In this document: positions 27,285-36,435 of the stretch, piece by piece
Numbering within the stretch: the first letter of the stretch is position 1
How the letters are laid out: every line of letters starts with the position of its first letter
DNA from: a virus
Reading direction: 5' to 3' (one strand)
Length of the DNA stretch: 64,000 nt
IMG/VR virus record: IMGVR_UViG_3300018080_000009
Span: 1 to 64,000 of that record
The notes under the pieces: model-generated
The model's database searches: none
Told to the model about the DNA's origin: nothing
What the model saw: only the letters and a program-made list of their open reading frames with translations
Translations under genes and position numbers: made by a program

Positions 27285-27533
27285 GTGGCACTTAGATGGG
27301 AGAAACTAGCCGGGACTCTTGCGTCGTGGTTTGGCCTAGGCGGGGAGGAAGAAGTTGGTATAGGCATAAACGAATCCGGGCACATGATTTTTAAAGATGA
27401 GCATGTGTTCGGTACTCCCACTTTGACTGAGGTTATGGAAGGCGGTACAGATCCAGGTAACTATTTAGTTAGTAGGAATACGGGTCAGCTTATGACTAGT
27501 CGTAATGATGGAGAGGTATTGGTTCACCGATGA
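27285..27533 (+). CDS. Hypothetical protein
   Basis: N-terminus (WEKLAGTLASWFGL) resembles that of 26446 (WYEKIRGIIGNLFQL). Confidence 0.55.
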   Translation: MALRWEKLAGTLASWFGLGGEEEVGIGINESGHMIFKDEHVFGTPTLTEVMEGGTDPGNYLVSRNTGQLMTSRNDGEVLVHR

Positions 27534-28765
27534 GCTATCATGATGTAGAGACAGTAGGTGGAATCCATATTCCGTATAATTGGGAGTATGCAGATCAGTC
27601 TGCTAGGGAAGGCGCTTCTGGGTTTGTTGCTGGAGATGTTGGTAAGTTTGCTCGGCAACTAGACAATAATTCGATTTGGATGTTGACTGAGGTTTCTCCT
27701 GCTTGGATTCAAGTTTCAGGCGGAACTAGTGTTCCTGCTCATGCTCCAACGCATAAGAGTGGTGGTTCTGACGCAATAAAGCTCGATGAACTTGCAGCCC
27801 CAACAGACAGTACGGATTTGAACGCCAGTACTTCAGCACATGGTTTGATGAAGAAGCTTGGTGGTGGTACGGATAATTTCTTTAGATCTGATGGTGCTTG
27901 GGAAAAGCCATTGCTTGCTGGTTTAGGTGATACCAATCTTTTGTCTCTAGCCGATTGGGATTACCTGAAATATGATTTGTCTTCTGGTAAGTGGATAAAT
28001 AAGCAAGGGAGAATACCTGAGCTTGCTTTTTCTCAGCAGTCGTCAAGCTACACTCCGAGCTATGCAGATCTTTTGACAGATGGTCCAGTTATTGTCATGG
28101 ATACGTCTGGGGGGAATCATACAGTTACGTTACCTGCTGCAGATACTTTGCCAGCGGATGGTAGAATCCATCGAGCTTGGATACACCATACGGGTACAGG
28201 CAATAATACGTTGACTGTTGTGTGTAGTGGAGAAAATTTCCAAGACGGTTTGGCATCCCTCAAAGTATTAAAAGGCAAGACCGTTCAGCTAGGTGGATTT
28301 AATGCCGGGTCTGGAAACCCTGGGTGGATGCGTATTAGTGACATGCTCACAACGCTTCAAGTACGAAGGGCAGCTACTTGGGCTGCGTTAAATTTTGCAT
28401 CGCCAAATCCAATACCCTGGGATTCGCAGGACAGAGAGGACAATACAGATGTTTCTGAGTGGACTTCAGGTTCTAGGATCTATGCCAGGTTTCCAACTAC
28501 ATTTGAAGTGAGCTATGCTTTTTCAATCGATAGTAGTGGTGGTTCACCTTGGATTATTGAAGCATGGATCAGGAAAAATGGTTCTGCTGATATTCTAGGG
28601 TCGTATCTAAGAACTGGCAACTATTGGGATGAAGATCAAAGTGCCAGTCTTCCCCCGTTGTCTATAGATTTGGAAGTAGACGACTATTTGGAAGTGTTTT
28701 TAGATCACTCAGGTTTATCAGGCAGTTTAGTTGAGGCCATGTTGATGATAAAGACTAAGGTGTAG
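27530..28765 (+). CDS. Tail fibre-like protein with possible C1q/TNF-like C-terminal domain
   Basis: HAPTHKSGGSDAI and STSAHGLM fibre-type motifs; C-terminal IPWDSQD...WIRKNG...IDLEVDDYLEVF. Confidence 0.6.
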   Translation: MSYHDVETVGGIHIPYNWEYADQSAREGASGFVAGDVGKFARQLDNNSIWMLTEVSPAWIQVSGGTSVPAHAPTHKSGGSDAIKLDELAAPTDSTDLNASTSAHGLMKKLGGGTDNFFRSDGAWEKPLLAGLGDTNLLSLADWDYLKYDLSSGKWINKQGRIPELAFSQQSSSYTPSYADLLTDGPVIVMDTSGGNHTVTLPAADTLPADGRIHRAWIHHTGTGNNTLTVVCSGENFQDGLASLKVLKGKTVQLGGFNAGSGNPGWMRISDMLTTLQVRRAATWAALNFASPNPIPWDSQDREDNTDVSEWTSGSRIYARFPTTFEVSYAFSIDSSGGSPWIIEAWIRKNGSADILGSYLRTGNYWDEDQSASLPPLSIDLEVDDYLEVFLDHSGLSGSLVEAMLMIKTKV

Positions 28766-28767
28766 CA

Positions 28768-29250
28768 ATGACTGAATATCAGTACGTGAGTGTAAGTCAG
28801 AAGCCAGCTCTTCAGTTGATATTAGATTCCGTATCGATGTCCGCTATGAGCAATAAGAATTTGACTGACATCTCGTACCATCCAAGAGAAGAATGGCTGA
28901 AGATCTGGTTCGATTCCGATTTGAGTGTAGGGGATAAAGCCATCCTAGATGATGTTGTGAGCAATGCGGTTTCAGTTGGTTCGAGCTGGCGTAAAGAAGT
29001 TGGTTCCGAGTACTTTGAGCTGTCTCCGTCGGAAAATCAAGGGTGGGTGGTTCACGGTGGGCGTATCAAGTTCAATAAGGTGTTTGGTAGTGTGCCAAAG
29101 GTTTCGATCTTGACCGCTACAGGCGATGGTACCTTTGATCTTACAGTATCGCAAGTAACCAAGAATTATTTTGACTTCAAAGTCAGGGCAAAAGTTCGTG
29201 GTAGGAGTTCTTTATCCAGTATCACGTTTGATTGGGAGGCAGCAATATGA
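28768..29250 (+). CDS. Virion protein with possible H-type-lectin-like C-terminus
   Basis: IKFNKVFGSVPKV...VTKNYF...FDWEA pattern. Confidence 0.5.
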   Translation: MTEYQYVSVSQKPALQLILDSVSMSAMSNKNLTDISYHPREEWLKIWFDSDLSVGDKAILDDVVSNAVSVGSSWRKEVGSEYFELSPSENQGWVVHGGRIKFNKVFGSVPKVSILTATGDGTFDLTVSQVTKNYFDFKVRAKVRGRSSLSSITFDWEAAI

Positions 29251-30029
29251 CTACAGGCATTTCTCCAGCCGCATTGTACTGTGATGCACTTAAGGTGCAT
29301 GATTTTAGAGATCCAGAAACTTGGCAGAGGAAACCAGCAGAGGGTTGGACAACGAAGGAGTCCACAGTTGTAGGTATTACGTTGTCAGGGAATGATCCGG
29401 TTTTGGTTCAAGTTAATGGTCATGGGATGTCTACGGGTCACAACGCCAAGTTTATGAATGTTGGAGGTACTGAGGAGTTAAATGGTAAAGCTTTCAAGGT
29501 TACGGTTGTGGACGCAGATAATTTTACCTTGGACGATACTGATAGTGCAGACTTCTCGGCTTGGACTAGTGGCGGTGATGTATTTTGTAATAACTATGAT
29601 AGTAGTTTTGTTATCGTGCCTTCGAATGGCCAAGCTATCACAATCCCCGAGGTAGAAGTAAAGATTTCCAGCGACACGAAGATGCACAGTCCGTTGTTGG
29701 CTACTCAACGGAAAAAGGATTTAACGATAGTCAAGCAGAGTGTGTACAGTAGTTTGGATGACTTCCTAGATAAGTTCACGTCGTTTAAGGAATTAAGTCT
29801 TACTCGGTACGAGCATCCAATTGAGTTTCATACTTACGAATTAGATCAGCCTGTAGTTTTGAGAAGTGCAGATACTCCGTCTGGAGCTTTGGTCCCGTAT
29901 CTGTATAGTATGGAGCTGAAGATACAGGATGATCAGCCATATAAGGCTAACGGTACCGGTATTGAGTATATGGCTGTTAGGTATCGAGGAGTAGGATTTT
30001 TTATTGACCAAGAATATGTTTCTGAGTAG
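29247..30029 (+). CDS. Virion protein with an FCCH-like beta domain
   Basis: PVLVQVNGHGMSTG...VGGTEELNGKAFKVTVVDADNFTL...WTSGG resembles the E1-FCCH-like repeat seen in phage structural proteins. Confidence 0.55.
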   Translation: MTTGISPAALYCDALKVHDFRDPETWQRKPAEGWTTKESTVVGITLSGNDPVLVQVNGHGMSTGHNAKFMNVGGTEELNGKAFKVTVVDADNFTLDDTDSADFSAWTSGGDVFCNNYDSSFVIVPSNGQAITIPEVEVKISSDTKMHSPLLATQRKKDLTIVKQSVYSSLDDFLDKFTSFKELSLTRYEHPIEFHTYELDQPVVLRSADTPSGALVPYLYSMELKIQDDQPYKANGTGIEYMAVRYRGVGFFIDQEYVSE

Positions 30030-30036
30030 GTGAAGA

Positions 30037-30627
30037 GTGATTGGAGTAAGCCAAAATATTGTGATTTGTCTTGCTTCGAGTAATTCTTGGTATGGAAGAG
30101 CTATCCGTCGAATTACTCAGAGCAATGTGAACCATGCTTTTGTAGCGTACTACAGCCATGTGCATAAAGGCTGGCAAGCTCTTCAGACTGATGAACGTGG
30201 ATTGGTTGAAGTTCCAGTAAATTCTTTGAAGTATGAATACAAGGAGTGCTATGAATTTCCGGACTTAAATTTGTTGATTGCAATTCCCAAGTGCAGACAT
30301 CTCATAGGAGATGCATATGACTTCTTAGGCATTTTAGGATTTCTTTTGAAGATATTTGTTTGGAGATTAGTTGGACGGAGGATAGTAAATCCTTTGCACA
30401 AGAAGGGGGAATTGTTTTGTTCTGAGTTTGTAGTCCTTTATCTGCAACGGGTACAGGGCATGTTTGAATGGGTTATGAAGGTAAAGCCGTCTGGTGTAGC
30501 TCCTGGAGGAAATTCTAAAGATCTTGGAGTTCCGTCGCTTCGTGAGATGTTCATTGCTCATGATGGAGTCAAGCTAGTGACTTGTCCTTTTGGTGGGGAG
30601 GAAGGGAAGGATCATGCCTTCCAGTGA
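30037..30627 (+). CDS. Permuted papain-like NlpC/P60 amidase (YaeF/YiiX-like)
   Basis: N-terminal His (SNVNHAFV), GDAYDF, C-terminal Cys (LFCSEFV). Confidence 0.75.
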   Translation: MIGVSQNIVICLASSNSWYGRAIRRITQSNVNHAFVAYYSHVHKGWQALQTDERGLVEVPVNSLKYEYKECYEFPDLNLLIAIPKCRHLIGDAYDFLGILGFLLKIFVWRLVGRRIVNPLHKKGELFCSEFVVLYLQRVQGMFEWVMKVKPSGVAPGGNSKDLGVPSLREMFIAHDGVKLVTCPFGGEEGKDHAFQ

Positions 30628-31171
30628 TTCACGTGCACCAGAGAAACAGTCGAATAGCTCGACTCGTGTTGAAATAAAGAATCTCAAGGAACAGCTTGAG
30701 AAGAAGGCTGATGATACTCTGGTCAGGACAATCTTAGGGGCTCATAAAGAGGATATCAAAGAAATAAAGGAGATCGCTTTGATTGCAAAAAGAAGGGCTG
30801 GTAAGCATGTTTGTACCCAAGAAGACAGGCTCAAGGAAGTAAAGAGAACAGCTTCTAGTTGGAGTAAATATTTTCGGGCAATTTTGATTACAATTATAGG
30901 TGCAGGAATTGTTCTGGGAACATTTCTGGCTAGGTTGCATTTTACAAAAGCTGATGATGATGAGGTTCAAGCTGTTAAGAATACTGTCACTGGGATACAG
31001 AGTGATGTCATTGAGGTAAAGAAATCTCAGGTTAGGATAGAAAAACAGTTAGAGCCAGAGGCACAGCTTGAGCTTGAGAAAAAGAGACTGGAGATGATGC
31101 GTAATATGATGGACGAGTATTTCGTTGAAGCAGACATTCGTCCAGTAAGAAACAGGAGAAGAACTAATTGA
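30614..31171 (+). CDS. Single-TM coiled-coil membrane protein
   Basis: Hydrophobic AILITIIGAGIVLGTFLA flanked by coiled coils. Confidence 0.6.
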   Translation: MPSSDSRAPEKQSNSSTRVEIKNLKEQLEKKADDTLVRTILGAHKEDIKEIKEIALIAKRRAGKHVCTQEDRLKEVKRTASSWSKYFRAILITIIGAGIVLGTFLARLHFTKADDDEVQAVKNTVTGIQSDVIEVKKSQVRIEKQLEPEAQLELEKKRLEMMRNMMDEYFVEADIRPVRNRRRTN

Positions 31172-31752
31172 GTATTGAGGGACAGGTAGGTATTGATATT
31201 ATCGATTTGTTTCCAGTATGGCAATTGGATGGCTATACTAAGAAGTCGGGTGAGACTTCTTTTGATGTCACGCTTTGGAAAGATGGAATAGTCAATTCGG
31301 CTACAGTTACGATTACTGAGACTATGAGTTCGGGCATGTACGAGGCCAGATTCATCCCAGATGAATTAGGTTTTTGGTATTTAGAAGTAAAGATCCCTTA
31401 TAACGGCCAGGTATGGAAAGGTGAGTACAATATTGGTTTAGACCATCCAGAAGCACAGATGAATGTTGCTTACGATGATGACACATCGATTCTGTACATG
31501 AGTGTCTGGATGGATAGAGAAGGGGAATCAGTTGAAGCAAGTGAATTGGTTTCATGTGAAGTGAAATTGTATGATGTAACTGGAGATTCGTTGTTGTTTA
31601 CGGCTACTAGTAGTACAGTTAAAACAGATGGAAGATTCCATCTGCAAGAGACTTTAGGATTGGTGTCGGATAGGACATACAGTGCTATAGTTGAGGTAAC
31701 AGATTCTAGGGGTACTGCAAGAACGTATCAGGAATTTACGACGATAGGGTAA
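31168..31752 (+). CDS. Virion structural protein (two Ig-like beta domains probable)
   Basis: GMYEARFIPDELGFWYLEV; beta-rich. Confidence 0.55.
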   Translation: MSIEGQVGIDIIDLFPVWQLDGYTKKSGETSFDVTLWKDGIVNSATVTITETMSSGMYEARFIPDELGFWYLEVKIPYNGQVWKGEYNIGLDHPEAQMNVAYDDDTSILYMSVWMDREGESVEASELVSCEVKLYDVTGDSLLFTATSSTVKTDGRFHLQETLGLVSDRTYSAIVEVTDSRGTARTYQEFTTIG

Positions 31753-31754
31753 TT

Positions 31755-31994
31755 ATGGCGGTTGCAGCAGTAATGAAGAACAAACGGTGTCAGGCTTTGT
31801 ATAGGGCTTCACCAGGACCCGTTCCCCCGCCAGTATATTTCAATGGAGAGATTGAGATTCCGGCTTCACCGACGATAATGGTAGAAGATGTTGAGACTTT
31901 GCTCATAGATGAAAGCCTCACAGTCGAGATACTTCCAGATCCAGAGGTAGATACTGAAACCTTGGTTGTGATAACACCATGTGAGGAGGACTAG
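31755..31994 (+). CDS. Hypothetical protein
   Basis: Fills the gap between adjacent genes. Confidence 0.5.
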   Translation: MAVAAVMKNKRCQALYRASPGPVPPPVYFNGEIEIPASPTIMVEDVETLLIDESLTVEILPDPEVDTETLVVITPCEED

Positions 31995-32348
31995 ATGTCG
32001 AGTCCAGTATCAGCAACATTCAAGATCAAAAGACATGCTCGTAGACCATATTTACGATTGTTGGTGAAGGACTCTGATGGAAATCCTTTTGACTTCACAG
32101 GGGCTTTGAGTGCAAAATTTCAGATGAAGAATTCAGATGGAACGATGGTGATCACTGATGGTGCTGGAGAGATAGAATCACCAGCTACTTCGGGAGTCCT
32201 GAGATATGAATGGGAGCCTGGTGACACCGATACTGCTGGTGACTATTATGCAGAATTTGATGTGTCATATGCTGCCAGTGATAATCTGACTTTACCGATT
32301 GATGGGGATTTGCTCGTTAAGATAAAAGAAGACGTGAACGATGCGTAA
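31995..32348 (+). CDS. BppU N-terminal-like baseplate/Ig-fold protein
   Basis: DGNPFDFTGA...GVLRYEWEPGDTDTAGDYYAEFDV...TLP. Confidence 0.7.
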   Translation: MSSPVSATFKIKRHARRPYLRLLVKDSDGNPFDFTGALSAKFQMKNSDGTMVITDGAGEIESPATSGVLRYEWEPGDTDTAGDYYAEFDVSYAASDNLTLPIDGDLLVKIKEDVNDA

Positions 32349-32360
32349 TTGGAGGGATAT

Positions 32361-33155
32361 ATGCCTAGTGTAAGTATTGTCATTGATGTAGCTGGGAAGC
32401 CTCCAGGAGTTCCAGGTGTAGGCAGGGAATTTCCCTTTTCGGATATAGAAAGCTCGCCTCCAGAAGTTACACTTTCGTTAGACGATAATACTGGGATCAC
32501 AGAGTATTATTGGGAGATTGTATATCAAGAGCCAGAGTGTTCTGCTGTTCTTGATGATCCGACTTCAGCTACTCCGAAATTTACTCCGACAGCAGGGTTT
32601 CCAAGCACATATTTAATCCGGTGTGAAGTGAATGGTGGACCAGTATTTGGTACCAATGCTATTGGGTTTTGTACACAGGATCTGGGTATACGGCTTCTTG
32701 CTGCTGGCGAGGGATTGGAGTTTGGTTCTGCAGGATGGGTAGCTGCGTACAATGCAGCCATGAAGGTTCTCGATGGATATGGTGGAGCATCCTATGACCA
32801 TACGTTTGAATCCGGTTCAGTTCCAGCTCTTGATGAGTGGGTTCAAGAAGTAGATATGGAGAATTCTGTTCTTTCGGGAATCTTTTTGTATATCGAAGTA
32901 GTTTTAGACTCAGGCTCGAGTACGAGCACTGATATTGAAGTATGGAATGGTGATCCTAGTGGTAGTGGAGAACTGATTTATCAGAAGTTAGCGAAGGATT
33001 TAGTGGCATCGGATCATGAAGATCCGAATATTTGGTGGAGTACTAAGGACTTTTTAGAAGCAGGAAAATTTTGGTTAAGGCTAGACAATCATGGAGCTGG
33101 AGCTTGTGAGTACAGTTTCAGAGTCAGGTTTAGAGGAGACGTTCCGTCTTCATAG
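32361..33155 (+). CDS. Virion structural protein (PKD-like N-terminal domain)
   Basis: YYWEIV..P...LDDPTSATPKFTP...TYLIRCEVN. Confidence 0.55.
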   Translation: MPSVSIVIDVAGKPPGVPGVGREFPFSDIESSPPEVTLSLDDNTGITEYYWEIVYQEPECSAVLDDPTSATPKFTPTAGFPSTYLIRCEVNGGPVFGTNAIGFCTQDLGIRLLAAGEGLEFGSAGWVAAYNAAMKVLDGYGGASYDHTFESGSVPALDEWVQEVDMENSVLSGIFLYIEVVLDSGSSTSTDIEVWNGDPSGSGELIYQKLAKDLVASDHEDPNIWWSTKDFLEAGKFWLRLDNHGAGACEYSFRVRFRGDVPSS

Positions 33156-33164
33156 GAGGAAGTT

Positions 33165-33365
33165 ATGTCCTTTGGTTTCATAGTAGGTGATACGGTTGAG
33201 GTTGCCTTCACGAACAAAACGATTCAGGGCGAAGTAACACGTATTTCGTCTAAGACTGAAGACGAAGTAGAATGTGGTGTTGTTGAGATTAAGCGTCCTG
33301 GTGGAAGTCATATAGAGATACAGGCCATTGAGGGTAATTTCGATCATATAACAAAGGTGGTGTAA
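33165..33365 (+). CDS. Small SH3/KOW-like hypothetical protein
   Basis: AGGAGG SD; FIVGDTVEV...GEVTRI. Confidence 0.55.
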   Translation: MSFGFIVGDTVEVAFTNKTIQGEVTRISSKTEDEVECGVVEIKRPGGSHIEIQAIEGNFDHITKVV

Positions 33366-33366
33366 G

Positions 33367-34386
33367 ATGCCTCTACCAACAAAGCTAAAGACCTATAATT
33401 ATCATGTCAATAATGTTTGCACAGAGGCTACGGCTGAGGAGACTGCTGAACATGCTGTGTGGCAGCTGAAAGAATCTTTAATTTCTTTTAGTCAGTGGTC
33501 TGGTGTAGCTTCATGTGATTCGACAGCAGTAAAGAACATAGGTGATGGTGGAGATCTAGATCTATGGGATGATTGGGCTAGTGATATTGTTCACGGTAGC
33601 GGTGCTCACTCATGGATCGTTCTTGAGAATAGTGTCACTGGCGAACAGCTTTGCATAGATTGTCTTGCTACTTGGCCTTACTTGGATGTTGTTTATTCTG
33701 CTACAGGTTCGTTTGCAGCAGATGGAACTACGTCTTCTCGTCCTACTGATACAGAATCTGTCTACATTATCGATGGTAAGCAGTATGTTCCAACGTCAGT
33801 TGATGGAGTAGTTGTTAATGCCATGTGTTCTACTGATGGCAAAATAACTAGAGCCTGGATGTACATGATTGACGGGTCCACAAAGGGTAGTTTTTTCTTT
33901 GGACTTGAAGAGCCAATAGGCGTACCTACTCAATGGAATGCATCAATTCCACGAGCCCTTTTATGCATAGATAGTGCTACTGGGCTTTCGGCTGTTCCAA
34001 CAGCACAGTCACCCAAGCTTTCAGATATAGATGGGACTTCAGAAAAGGTTCCGATGTATTTAACTGACAGCACGCCATATGAGGGTTGGAACTATGCCTA
34101 TTTGACTACGGAGTGTTATCATCAGTGGACTGGCGATCAAGGCAATGCGTGTTATGAACCGAATGTCAACATGGATTGGAATGAGGGCTTTCCGATGACA
34201 GCTTTGGGCATGTTTAGAACAACGTCACCCAGGCAAGGTGGGATGGGTGCGTTTCAAGATGTTTATGCAGGACCAGAACAGCATCAGTCGATAACGACAT
34301 ATCCAAATGACTCGACATATCTTTGGATAAAGATTGGCGGTTTGGTTCTGCCATGGAATGGTTCGGTACCAGTGGAGTCACCGTAA
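33367..34386 (+). CDS. Virion structural protein, function unknown
   Basis: 339-aa Ser/Thr/Trp-rich ORF in the structural operon. Confidence 0.65.
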   Translation: MPLPTKLKTYNYHVNNVCTEATAEETAEHAVWQLKESLISFSQWSGVASCDSTAVKNIGDGGDLDLWDDWASDIVHGSGAHSWIVLENSVTGEQLCIDCLATWPYLDVVYSATGSFAADGTTSSRPTDTESVYIIDGKQYVPTSVDGVVVNAMCSTDGKITRAWMYMIDGSTKGSFFFGLEEPIGVPTQWNASIPRALLCIDSATGLSAVPTAQSPKLSDIDGTSEKVPMYLTDSTPYEGWNYAYLTTECYHQWTGDQGNACYEPNVNMDWNEGFPMTALGMFRTTSPRQGGMGAFQDVYAGPEQHQSITTYPNDSTYLWIKIGGLVLPWNGSVPVESP

Positions 34387-34565
34387 TGGCACAGAGTGAA
34401 GCAGGAAAAGTAAGTAATATAACAATGGGGCAGCCCCTAGGTGGAACTAAAGATCTTGGTCCAGGCAAGGAGGCCGGTTTGAACCAAGGGATTACCGGTA
34501 TAGTTCCTCCAGCCACAGAGCCAATACGAGATCTTCCGTTGTTGACGAGAAACGAACCAGCGTAG
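34386..34565 (+). CDS. Small hypothetical protein
   Basis: TAATG coupling with a GGAG SD (MAQSEAGK...). Confidence 0.45.
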   Translation: MAQSEAGKVSNITMGQPLGGTKDLGPGKEAGLNQGITGIVPPATEPIRDLPLLTRNEPA

Positions 34566-34572
34566 GAGTAAG

Positions 34573-35814
34573 ATGCCAGGAGCAGGAATAGGAAGATGGG
34601 GTCCAGCAGGTGGTGTTAGTGGTCCGCCTACTGGATATTCATTGGCAGATTTTGACTTTCAGGTGAAAGCTTTAAGTATTGGTTCATCTATCAAGATTAC
34701 TTTCACTACTCCAGCTTTGTCTTATGCTCCTGAATGGGATAGACGACTTAGAATTCTGAGGAAGCAAGGTGAATGGCCAAGGTCTTGGGATGATGCAGAT
34801 GCAGTGGTATCGGTTGACGATGTTTTTCCAGGCCCGGCAGAAGCTGATCATGAATATACAGAGACTGATTTAGTTCCAGGTCAGATTTATTACTATGCTA
34901 TGTACGAGCTGAGAACAGATGGAGCTTGGATTTTAGATACTGTTGAGGGCAGGAGATCAGCATATCCCTATGATCGATGGGGTTTTGCTGAATATTTGTA
35001 CAATTCATTTCCCCGTGGTTGGAGAAGAGCAGATTCTCGTAACGACAATCATTTTCTGAAATTCATTAGTATTTTTGGAGCTCTATTAGACAATATGAAG
35101 ACAGATACTGAACATCTGCTATCTCTCTTCAGTATTGATGATATTCACATTGATTTGCTTCCGCTTTTGGACCAGAAGTTAGGTTGGCCTACGTGGTTTG
35201 CTGCACCAGGATTACAGCAGAGGCAAGATACATCCAGAGCAGTAGGTTTATACAAAATTTTGGGGCGTACTCTTGCTTATGAGAGAATTTTTGAATGGCC
35301 TACGTCTTGGGATTGTGAGGTAGTTCAAGGCTGGAAGTATGTTTTCTTTAGCAATGGCAAGTATGGGAGTACGACTCCTGATCTGTCTACAGTAGCGAAA
35401 CAAGATGAAATAAAGTCCAAGATGGGCCATATAGATGACTTGTTGAAATATACGAACCACAATACTTTTTGGCATTCTGTCAGTGGTTTAGGTTTTTTCT
35501 TGACCAAGATTCCTGGAGTCTCCGCTGAAATAACGATGGAAATGATTTATCGTTGTTGGGAACTTCTTAATTTTGGTATGGCCACGTATGTGAATCCTCA
35601 TTTGATGCTGGTCATGTATGATGAGGAGGTAATGGGACCTCCAGTTGATGATTGGGAGGGTTCAGTTTCCTATGCCGAAGGTCCGTTTGAGTTTACTGAA
35701 GAAGACTTGGGGTATACTACGGGAAGTGTTAGACTATTCCAGAGCAATGATGCTCTTAGTGTTTCGACAGATTTGGGTGATCGGACATTTCACAAAGATT
35801 TGGAGTATGTGTAA
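34573..35814 (+). CDS. Baseplate wedge/tail protein (P2 gpI-like)
   Basis: YLYNSFPRGWRRAD, LPLLDQKLGW, AVGLYKILGR. Confidence 0.75.
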   Translation: MPGAGIGRWGPAGGVSGPPTGYSLADFDFQVKALSIGSSIKITFTTPALSYAPEWDRRLRILRKQGEWPRSWDDADAVVSVDDVFPGPAEADHEYTETDLVPGQIYYYAMYELRTDGAWILDTVEGRRSAYPYDRWGFAEYLYNSFPRGWRRADSRNDNHFLKFISIFGALLDNMKTDTEHLLSLFSIDDIHIDLLPLLDQKLGWPTWFAAPGLQQRQDTSRAVGLYKILGRTLAYERIFEWPTSWDCEVVQGWKYVFFSNGKYGSTTPDLSTVAKQDEIKSKMGHIDDLLKYTNHNTFWHSVSGLGFFLTKIPGVSAEITMEMIYRCWELLNFGMATYVNPHLMLVMYDEEVMGPPVDDWEGSVSYAEGPFEFTEEDLGYTTGSVRLFQSNDALSVSTDLGDRTFHKDLEYV

Positions 35815-36425
35815 TGGGAAAGATTTTGACAGAAAATGGTCCTCGAATCCTTGATTGCCATCAGGGCATAGTTCGTCAGGTATTCAATGAAAAATGCCTT
35901 CGTATAGTTGGGGAGTGGTTTGATAAAATTCGGTATCTAGATGGATCTGTGGAGTATGGAGAACATGGTGAGTTTGAGTGGGGAGACAATCAGATTCAGA
36001 ACACTTTTGCTACGTTGATAGCGTGTTGGGCTAGGGCAGAGTCCGGGTATGATCGTATTAATTATTTTGCAGTAGGTTCAGGTCTTGTATCTTGGGATAC
36101 GACCCCGCCTACTCAGCCATATACAGATACAACTTTGACTATGGAATATTTCCGTAAGGCTATAGCTCAGTCGAGCATCATTTTTATTGACCCGTCTACG
36201 AATATTCCAACTGGTGGAGTTCCAAGTTCTAAGATAGAGATCGATGTGACTTTGCTTACGACTGAAGCAAACGGTACGATGCGTGAGTTTGGGTTGTTTG
36301 GAGGAACAGCTACAGCAACTTTGGATTCGGGAGAAATGGTAGACTGGATTGTACATTCTAGAATTGATAAAGATTCTTCGATGGAAATCGACAGGAAAGT
36401 ACGAATCGAGTTTGAGACAAACTAG
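35814..36425 (+). CDS. Baseplate/tail-fibre attachment protein
   Basis: YFAVGSG...EYFRK...EANGTMREFGLFGG...IDKDSSMEI. Confidence 0.65.
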   Translation: MGKILTENGPRILDCHQGIVRQVFNEKCLRIVGEWFDKIRYLDGSVEYGEHGEFEWGDNQIQNTFATLIACWARAESGYDRINYFAVGSGLVSWDTTPPTQPYTDTTLTMEYFRKAIAQSSIIFIDPSTNIPTGGVPSSKIEIDVTLLTTEANGTMREFGLFGGTATATLDSGEMVDWIVHSRIDKDSSMEIDRKVRIEFETN

Positions 36426-36435
36426 GAGATAAACA

